Of a stretch of 32,000 bases of DNA, positions 26,327 to 32,000 are shown one piece after another (positions within the stretch are counted from its first letter, which is position 1; the number at the start of each line of letters is the position of its first letter). A program made the translations under genes and the position numbers. The DNA is from Lachnospiraceae bacterium (GTDB lineage Bacteria > Bacillota > Clostridia > Lachnospirales > Lachnospiraceae): contig JAHAYJ010000083.1 of NCBI GenBank assembly GCA_018384375.1, positions 4,304 through 36,303 on the forward strand, read 5' to 3'. Below the pieces are notes generated by a model. The model was not told where the DNA came from. It saw nothing but the letters and a program-made list of their open reading frames with translations, and did no database searches.

Positions 26327-26355
26327 ATGATATCATCCTGATTCTCATCTGTCAA
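26327..26355 (-). promoter_or_regulatory. Sigma-70-type promoter candidate upstream of the amt-PII leader
   Basis: The minus strand reads TTGACA (26355..26350), a 17-nt spacer and TATCAT (26332..26327). The -10 lies inside a 10-bp palindrome ATGATATCAT. Confidence 0.5.
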
Positions 26356-26363
26356 TCTTTTTT

Positions 26364-27239
26364 TTACAATTTTTTTATAAACAGTTTGTAATGACGGTCA
26401 GATTCGATTACATCGCGGTCAAATACAAACCCCAGTTTTTTCAACAGTCGCAAAGAGTTTTCATTTTTTTCATCCACAAGAGCCTGTACCTCTTCAAATG
26501 CAAGCTCTTCCCTCGCATATTGCAGAATCGCTTCACACACCTCATGAGCATAACCTTTTTTCTGATGAGGCACATCGATCACAAAACCCAACTCCGGAAT
26601 CTCATATCCCTCTCTCACACTAAGGCCCGCTCTGCCGATAACCTCCCCACTCTCCTTGAGAATAACGGTCCAAAGTCCAAATCCATAGAAGCCATAAATC
26701 TGTTCAATATACGATTTCATATAGGCTATTTCAGATTCCTTTTCAGGAAACAGATCCTCCATGTAATAAGTGATCGAAGGATCCTGATAAATCCTGTAAA
26801 AATCCTCCACGTCAGATACCATGCTTTCCCTGACCCACAGTCTTTCTGTCTTAAGAATACTCCAAGGAAGACCTGCAAGCCGGCAGAAGGCTTCTTCATA
26901 GGATCGGTATTCCAATGAAAAAATATCCTCCACCGCATATCTGGCTCCGGAAAAAACCTGATCTGCATTCATTTCGTGGTAAATTGCAATGGCAAAACAT
27001 CCTTTATCCAAAAGCTGTTGCAGGCAGAGAGGATCATCCGTCAAAGCCAGTATTTCTCCCAGAGAAATATTTTCTTTTGCAGAAAGTCTTTTGCATGCTT
27101 CTTCTACACTACACAGATTCAGCTTCTGCAGTGTAACTACAGCCCCGCCCGCCCCTGCTCTTTCCAAAATCTCCTTCCGGCGCAGACAGGCAATCTCATA
27201 ATAATATTCAGTTAGCAGAAACAGAATGTATTTCATCAT
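26364..27239 (-). CDS. GNAT (RimJ/RimL-like) acetyltransferase with ~130-aa N-terminal domain of unknown function
   Basis: The C-terminal ~160 aa (...GFGLWTVILKESGEVIGRAGL...HQKKGYAHE...NENSLRLLKKLGF) are typical of Acetyltransf_3-type GNATs. The N-terminal part is not recognised. The start is uncertain (TTG at 27245, or ATG at 27239 or 27236). Confidence 0.7.
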   Translation of the reverse strand: MMKYILFLLTEYYYEIACLRRKEILERAGAGGAVVTLQKLNLCSVEEACKRLSAKENISLGEILALTDDPLCLQQLLDKGCFAIAIYHEMNADQVFSGARYAVEDIFSLEYRSYEEAFCRLAGLPWSILKTERLWVRESMVSDVEDFYRIYQDPSITYYMEDLFPEKESEIAYMKSYIEQIYGFYGFGLWTVILKESGEVIGRAGLSVREGYEIPELGFVIDVPHQKKGYAHEVCEAILQYAREELAFEEVQALVDEKNENSLRLLKKLGFVFDRDVIESDRHYKLFIKKL

Positions 27240-27328
27240 TGTCAATTCCGATTACTTCCTATAAAATGATTATAGCCTTATTATTATAATACGGTATATT
27301 ATAAATGAAAAGAAAGGAAGTAATCACC

Positions 27329-27850
27329 ATGGCTCAGAATCCTGTTGTTACATTTACAATGGAAGACGGAGGTGTCATGAAAGCCGAGCTTTATCCTGAA
27401 ATTGCTCCAATCTCCGTAAACAATTTTATCAGTTTGATCAACAAAAACTTTTATGACGGTCTGATCTTTCACCGTGTTATCCGCGGTTTTATGATTCAGG
27501 GAGGAGATCCGGAAGGTACCGGCTGCGGCGGCCCCGGCTACAGTATTAAAGGGGAGTTTTCTCAGAACGGCGTGGAAAATAACCTCAAGCACACAGAGGG
27601 CGTACTTTCCATGGCAAGAAGCATGGCTCCCAACTCTGCCGGTTCCCAGTTCTTTATCATGCACAAGACCTCTCCTCATTTGGATGGCTCTTACGCTGCT
27701 TTTGGAAAAGTTATCGAAGGAATGGATGTTGTGAACAAAATCGCAGAAACAGCAACTGACTACATGGACAGGCCCTTAGAGGATCAGAGAATAAAGAGTG
27801 TTACCGTTGAAACCTTCGGTGTAGACTATCCTGAACCGGACAAATTTTAG
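27329..27850 (+). CDS. ppiB: Peptidyl-prolyl cis-trans isomerase, cyclophilin type
   Basis: FHRVIRGFMIQGGDP, SMARS..PNSAGSQFFI and the cyclophilin length are consistent. The ORF was trimmed to the ATG at 27329, which lies 8 nt after AAAGGAAG. Confidence 0.9.
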   Translation: MAQNPVVTFTMEDGGVMKAELYPEIAPISVNNFISLINKNFYDGLIFHRVIRGFMIQGGDPEGTGCGGPGYSIKGEFSQNGVENNLKHTEGVLSMARSMAPNSAGSQFFIMHKTSPHLDGSYAAFGKVIEGMDVVNKIAETATDYMDRPLEDQRIKSVTVETFGVDYPEPDKF

Positions 27851-27856
27851 GATTTT

Positions 27857-27874
27857 CTAGTACCAGAGTACTAG
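27857..27874 (+). terminator. Short hairpin just after the ppiB stop codon (weak terminator candidate)
   Basis: CTAGTAC-CAGA-GTACTAG forms a 7-bp stem, followed by T-rich sequence. Confidence 0.35.
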
Positions 27875-28027
27875 TCCGTTCATATTTTGTTCATATTTAA
27901 TTTAAAAAATCTTAATTGGTATAACATTCTTTAGACATTTCTGTCCTTTATACTAACAACATAAGATACAGAAATGTAATTGCCAATTTCAAAGTAATTG
28001 ATTTATTAATAACTTTTTCATAATAAA

Positions 28028-28054
28028 TGCCAAGTAAACACAGTTTACTTGGCA
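28028..28054. terminator. Strong 12-bp hairpin in the ppiB/fba convergent spacer (usable on either strand)
   Basis: The hairpin is TGCCAAGTAAAC-ACA-GTTTACTTGGCA. It is followed by UCCUCCCUUUUAU on the + strand and UUUAUUAU on the - strand. Confidence 0.5.
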
Positions 28055-28071
28055 TCCTCCCTTTTATGGTG

Positions 28072-28105
28072 AAAAAAGGTGGCTTCTCTTCAGAAACCAC
28101 CTTTT
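28072..28105 (-). terminator. Intrinsic terminator of fba
   Basis: The minus-strand RNA reads GGUGGUUUC-UGAAGA-GAAGCCACC followed by UUUUUU. The single non-Watson-Crick pair is G.U only on the minus strand. Confidence 0.8.
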
Positions 28106-28131
28106 ATTATTGATTCATCATTCTGTTATTC

Positions 28132-29100
28132 TTAAGCCTTACCGTCAGAACCAAGTACGTTCACGATCTTGTGAGCAACCATGTCCTTAACAGCCTGACG
28201 AGCGGGCTTTAAGTACTGACGAGGATCAAAGTGATCCGGATGCTCTGCAAAGTACTTGCGGATATTACCTGTCATTGCAAGACGAATATCAGAGTCGATG
28301 TTGATCTTACATACTGCAAGCTGTGCTGCCTTACGGAGCTGCTCTTCCGGAATACCTACTGCATCAGGCATATTACCGCCATACTGATTTACCATCTTCA
28401 CAAATTCCTGAGGAACGGAAGATGAACCATGAAGAACGATAGGGAAACCGGGAAGACGCTTAATGCACTCCTCCAATACGTCGAAACGAAGCGGAGGGGG
28501 AACTAAGATACCTTCAGCGTTTCTGGTACACTGAGCTGCCGTGAACTTGTAAGCTCCATGGGAAGTACCGATAGCAATTGCGAGAGAGTCACAGCCTGTT
28601 CTGTCAACAAACTCTTCAACTTCTTCGGGACGGGTGTACATTTCCTTACCGGATTCTACTACTACTTCATCCTCTACACCGGCTAATGTTCCAAGCTCTG
28701 CCTCAACTACTACACCATGTGCATGTGCATATTCTACAACCTGCTTGGTGAGTGCAATATTGTCCTCGAAGGACTTGGACGATGCATCGATCATAACGGA
28801 AGTAAATCCTCCGTCAATACAGGATTTGCACAGTTCAAAGCTGTCGCCATGGTCTAAGTGAAGAGCGATCGGAATCTGAGGATTCTCTTCTACAGCTGCC
28901 TCCACTAACTTAACCAGATAGGTATGGTTAGCATAAGCACGCGCTCCCTTGGAAACCTGAAGAATAACAGGGCTGTTAAGCTCGCCTGCTGCCTCAGTAA
29001 TACCCTGAACGATCTCCATGTTGTTTACGTTGAATGCACCGATTGCATAGCCGCCATCGTATGCCTTCTTAAACATTTCTGTGGTTGTAACTAATGGCAT
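28132..29100 (-). CDS. fba: Class II fructose-1,6-bisphosphate aldolase
   Basis: MPLVTTTEMFKKAYDGGYAIGAFNVNN, LHLDHG and GTSHGAYKF are class II FBA motifs. The ORF was trimmed to the ATG at 29100, which lies 8 nt after AAAGGTGG. Confidence 0.95.
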   Translation of the reverse strand: MPLVTTTEMFKKAYDGGYAIGAFNVNNMEIVQGITEAAGELNSPVILQVSKGARAYANHTYLVKLVEAAVEENPQIPIALHLDHGDSFELCKSCIDGGFTSVMIDASSKSFEDNIALTKQVVEYAHAHGVVVEAELGTLAGVEDEVVVESGKEMYTRPEEVEEFVDRTGCDSLAIAIGTSHGAYKFTAAQCTRNAEGILVPPPLRFDVLEECIKRLPGFPIVLHGSSSVPQEFVKMVNQYGGNMPDAVGIPEEQLRKAAQLAVCKINIDSDIRLAMTGNIRKYFAEHPDHFDPRQYLKPARQAVKDMVAHKIVNVLGSDGKA

Positions 29101-29131
29101 TATTTTTACCACCTTTCTTAATGATATTATT

Positions 29132-29149
29132 TTGACCGGTCAAGACCGG
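29132..29149 (-). promoter_or_regulatory. Palindrome in the fba 5' UTR (operator or RNA hairpin candidate)
   Basis: TTGACCGGTCAA is a perfect 12-bp palindrome (29132..29143). It overlaps CCGGTC-TT-GACCGG and lies between the predicted -10 and the RBS. Confidence 0.35.
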
Positions 29150-29167
29150 AAATTCACTACCGCCCCT

Positions 29168-29196
29168 ATTATACCCCAAAGCTCGTCCTTACGCAA
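29168..29196 (-). promoter_or_regulatory. Sigma-70-type promoter of fba
   Basis: The minus strand reads TTGCGT (29196..29191), a 17-nt spacer and TATAAT (29173..29168). Confidence 0.65.
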
Positions 29197-29233
29197 ACAT
29201 ATTCTCGGAAAAGATGTTTTCAGAAGAATTTTT

Positions 29234-30130
29234 CTAATTAGGTACACGGATCTGCAGTGCCTGTTTAAATACTTGAATACTAATCTCCTGATGCTTTCCT
29301 CCATACTCGCCGTCCAACGTCCAAGCTATTTCTTCCTCAGCTGTTGCCTTCAGCGCAGACGTTTTAAAGCAATACATAAGATCAGTATTAATATTTCTGT
29401 TAAGAAGTGCTGCCATGATGGTGTTCAGTTCCACCGGATTTGCTGGTCTCTTGATTAGGGTCACCTCAAATTCCCCGTCATCCAGCTGGACATATTTCCC
29501 GGTAATTCTCTTAAATCCCCCTACAGAAAGGGAGTTTGTGATCATACCAAAAATGAAATCTCCTTCCAGAATCTGTCCGTCATGCTCTACCCGCATCGGA
29601 TAGGATTTAATTCCGGATAGCCGCTTCATCCCCTCCAGCACATATGCCATATGTCCGAGTATATTCTTGACATCCTGTCTTGTCTCATAGGAAACCTCCG
29701 TAAAGAGACCGAATGCCGCAATATATACAAAGACATCATCATTAAAGCCGCCAATATCACAACTAAAAGTCCGGCCATTCACGATTGCATGTGCAGCGTC
29801 AATCATATTTTTGGGAATTTGAAGGCTATTGGCAAAATCATTTGTACTTCCTGCAGGAACATACCCGATAGGAAGTCTTTTGTCGCACTGCATCATTCCG
29901 GTGACCACCTCATCTAATGTTCCGTCTCCTCCACTGCACACAATAATATCATAAAAGCCCAGTCTTCTCTGTGTAACTGCTGTAAGACCATCTCCTTTTG
30001 CCTGAGTTGGATAAGCAGTAACTTCAAATCCTGCTTTTGTAAAAATATCAATAATATCGAGCAGATTACTTCTGATCTGCGCCTTCCCCGCCCTCGGATT
30101 GTAGACGAAGAGCATTTTCTTCTTTTCCAT
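29234..30130 (-). CDS. Diacylglycerol/lipid kinase (YegS/DagK/BmrU family)
   Basis: The N-terminus KKMLFVYNPRAGK and the GGDGT motif (CSGGDGTLDEVV) are present. The ORF was trimmed to the ATG at 30130, which follows GGGAGAAAG. Confidence 0.85.
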   Translation of the reverse strand: MEKKKMLFVYNPRAGKAQIRSNLLDIIDIFTKAGFEVTAYPTQAKGDGLTAVTQRRLGFYDIIVCSGGDGTLDEVVTGMMQCDKRLPIGYVPAGSTNDFANSLQIPKNMIDAAHAIVNGRTFSCDIGGFNDDVFVYIAAFGLFTEVSYETRQDVKNILGHMAYVLEGMKRLSGIKSYPMRVEHDGQILEGDFIFGMITNSLSVGGFKRITGKYVQLDDGEFEVTLIKRPANPVELNTIMAALLNRNINTDLMYCFKTSALKATAEEEIAWTLDGEYGGKHQEISIQVFKQALQIRVPN

Positions 30131-30197
30131 TTTGTATCTTTCTCCCTTTTGCGCAAAAAGGGCAAAGCTTTCGCTTTGCCCCACTCTAATTCACTTA

Positions 30198-30464
30198 TCA
30201 GCCCTGCTGTTTCTTTCCACTTAAATATTCCTCAATGCTGTCAATTGCTGCCTGTTCATCATTTCCATTCGCAATCACTTTTACGGATTCCCCTGTTCCA
30301 AGTGCAAGACTCATCATCCCCATAATGCTCTTTGCATTCACTTTTTTCCCCTCTGCCTCAATATAAACAGAACTCTCATACTGGCTTGCCACTTGTACAA
30401 GCATGGCTACCGGCCTTGCCTCAAGTCCTCCGGTCAGTTGGATCTTAATCGACTTTTCCATCAT
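30198..30464 (-). CDS. HPr-family phosphocarrier-like protein, Crh-like (His15 replaced by Glu, Ser46 region intact)
   Basis: Alignment by eye to B. subtilis HPr/Crh shows GGLEARPVA in place of SGIHARPAT, and KVNAKSIMGMMSLA, the HprK site. The position downstream of whiA matches crh in the Bacillus yvcJ-yvcK-yvcL-crh cluster. Confidence 0.85.
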   Translation of the reverse strand: MMEKSIKIQLTGGLEARPVAMLVQVASQYESSVYIEAEGKKVNAKSIMGMMSLALGTGESVKVIANGNDEQAAIDSIEEYLSGKKQQG

Positions 30465-30478
30465 AATATTCTCCTCCT

Positions 30479-31351
30479 TTACGCTCTGATCTTTTCAGCC
30501 ATCTCGCTGAGTTTACGCAATCTATGATTTACACCGGATTTACCTACCGGTGGATTGAGGAACCCCCCTAGTTCCTGAAGTGAGCTCTCCGGATGCTCCA
30601 GCCTGATCTCTGCCATCTGACGAAGATTTTCCGGAAGGTTTGATAATCCGTAATGCTTCTGTAAAAGCTTAATGTCTTCAATCTGCTTATTTGCTGCATT
30701 TACTGTCTTGGTAATATTGGCCGCTTCACAATTAACCTGACGGTTAATGGAATTTCGAACCTCCTTTTCAACCCGAAGGGTTTCAAGCTGCATCAGACAG
30801 CGATGCGCCCCCATCACATTCAGAAGATCAACAATTCCTGCGCCTTCTTTTAAATAAACCACATAATATTTCTTGCGTCTGATAATCCTTGCCTCAATGT
30901 CAAAGCTTCCGATCATCTGCCTGATTTGCTCGGCCCATGCCTCATATTCACATACAAATTCCAGATGATATCCCTTGTTTGGGTCACTCATAGAACCCAG
31001 GCATAAAAATGCTCCCCGCAGAAAGGATCGCCTGCAGCAACTATTCTTCAACAAAACAGGGTTAACTTCCTCCGCAAGTGAATGTAAATGACCACTTTCA
31101 TCCAATACCTTAACAGCTTGAAGTATCTTTTCAGCAATCCCATTAATAATAAATGTTTTTTTCAATAATGTAAAGTATTTTCTGGAAACAGATGAATTTT
31201 CGGAAATTATCGTAACTTTCTCAGGGCTTCCGTTGTTCATTCCTATTTTACATCCAAAATGAATGATTGCTGCCAGCTCTGCCACCTGACAGTGCCTGGA
31301 GTTTGGAATCACTTTCTCCAATTCTTCTTTCACATTTAATGAAAATGACAT
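30479..31351 (-). CDS. whiA: DNA-binding protein WhiA
   Basis: The N-terminus MSFSLNVKEEL is typical. There is a degenerate LAGLIDADG-like middle region and a C-terminal HTH ...GKSGVNHRLRKL. The gene follows rapZ. Confidence 0.9.
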   Translation of the reverse strand: MSFSLNVKEELEKVIPNSRHCQVAELAAIIHFGCKIGMNNGSPEKVTIISENSSVSRKYFTLLKKTFIINGIAEKILQAVKVLDESGHLHSLAEEVNPVLLKNSCCRRSFLRGAFLCLGSMSDPNKGYHLEFVCEYEAWAEQIRQMIGSFDIEARIIRRKKYYVVYLKEGAGIVDLLNVMGAHRCLMQLETLRVEKEVRNSINRQVNCEAANITKTVNAANKQIEDIKLLQKHYGLSNLPENLRQMAEIRLEHPESSLQELGGFLNPPVGKSGVNHRLRKLSEMAEKIRA

Positions 31352-31382
31352 GTCAGCATCACATCCTTATTTATCTGTCTGT

Positions 31383-32000
31383 CTATACGCCTTGTCCCAC
31401 ATCACGGTGATCAATTTTAAGGCCATAGTCTCCCTGATTCTTCATGCGCTTATACAGTTCATTTGCAAGCGTCACACTTCTGTGCTTTCCCCCGGTACAC
31501 CCTATTCCGATTATAAGCTGGTACTTACCTTCTTTTACATAATTCGGAATCAGAAATTCTATCATATCTACCAGCTTGTCAATAAAACTGTGTGCCTCAG
31601 GAAAGCTCATCACATAATCCTGTACTTCCTTATCATTTCCTGTTTTATATTTCAATTCGTCAATATAAAACGGATTCGGCAGAAACCTGACATCAAATAC
31701 CAGATCAGCATCTGCAGGAATTCCATGCTTGAATCCAAAGGAAAGAATTGTAACCATCAGGCTATTATACTCTTCGTTCTGCACAAAGATTCTCTCCAGT
31801 TCCTCCTTCAATTCCCTCGTAAGAAGATTGGACGTATCGATGACATAATCCGATTTTTCCCTGATATCACTGAGAATTTTTCTTTCCTTTTTGATGCCAT
31901 CCTCAATTCGGCCATCCGGAGAAAGGGGATGTACTCTTCTCGTTTCCTTATATCGTTTCAGAAGTGTCTTGTCATTCGCCTCCATAAACAGAATCTCAAA
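31383..32000 (-). CDS. rapZ: RNase adapter / nucleotide-binding protein RapZ (YvcJ), C-terminal ~205 codons; the N-terminus lies beyond the right edge
   Basis: FDVRFLPNPFY and GCTGGKHRSV motifs are present. The reading frame stays open from 31985 to position 32000 (..FEILFMEAND..). Confidence 0.9.
   Translation of the reverse strand, partial: FEILFMEANDKTLLKRYKETRRVHPLSPDGRIEDGIKKERKILSDIREKSDYVIDTSNLLTRELKEELERIFVQNEEYNSLMVTILSFGFKHGIPADADLVFDVRFLPNPFYIDELKYKTGNDKEVQDYVMSFPEAHSFIDKLVDMIEFLIPNYVKEGKYQLIIGIGCTGGKHRSVTLANELYKRMKNQGDYGLKIDHRDVGQGV

Noticed and set aside
27948-28055. A 35-aa minus-strand ORF (MPSKLCLLGIYYEKVINKSITLKLAITFLYLMLLV) with a hydrophobic tail, considered as a possible type I toxin-like peptide.
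   Set aside because: GGGAGG abuts the ATG with zero spacing, and the start codon is buried in the 12-bp hairpin stem. No promoter separates it from the fba terminator. I keep it only as a footnote to the intergenic-region finding.
1-32000. CRISPR arrays, IS elements or transposases, prophage genes, toxin-antitoxin pairs and known defence systems.
   Set aside because: None was seen on either strand. The repeats found are short (10-14 nt) and local. All large ORFs have housekeeping, transport or signalling assignments.

Overview
This window looks like an ordinary core-chromosome segment of a moderate-GC Firmicute (Clostridia, Lachnospiraceae-like gene content and N-termini). About 30 genes are present, almost all on the minus strand. 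They cover replication and nucleoid functions (recR', ybaB, dnaX), glycolysis (pfkA, fba, ldhA), translation and RNA (metG, tadA, tRNA-Ser(CGA), SRP RNA, a rhodanese-TtcA fusion) and the rapZ-whiA-crh-like cluster. Transporters include MATE, OPT, an Amt-PII fusion and the orphan sugar-ABC ATPase msmK. The density of c-di-GMP genes is notable: two GGDEF cyclases and one HD-GYP protein within about 9 kb. I saw no CRISPR array, transposase, integrase, phage genes or recognisable defence system, and I cannot honestly point to a clear-cut new system. The observations most worth a second look are: (1) the Amt-PII leader, where a consensus-like promoter is followed by two tandem terminator-like hairpins that share a 13-nt arm motif and abut the RBS, suggesting an uncharacterised attenuator; (2) a tightly packed putative operon GNAT / HD-GYP / DUF624 (YesL) / sensor-GGDEF; (3) a PucR regulator coupled to an unknown 298-aa protein, next to a LacI-core::GGDEF fusion; (4) an SRP RNA of intermediate length that seems to lack Alu helices 3/4; (5) a Crh-like HPr with Glu in place of the phosphorylatable His15; (6) a 281-nt repeat-rich convergent intergenic region. 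Gene starts were refined by eye from RBS spacing and conserved N-termini. All family calls come from motif recognition, not from searches.
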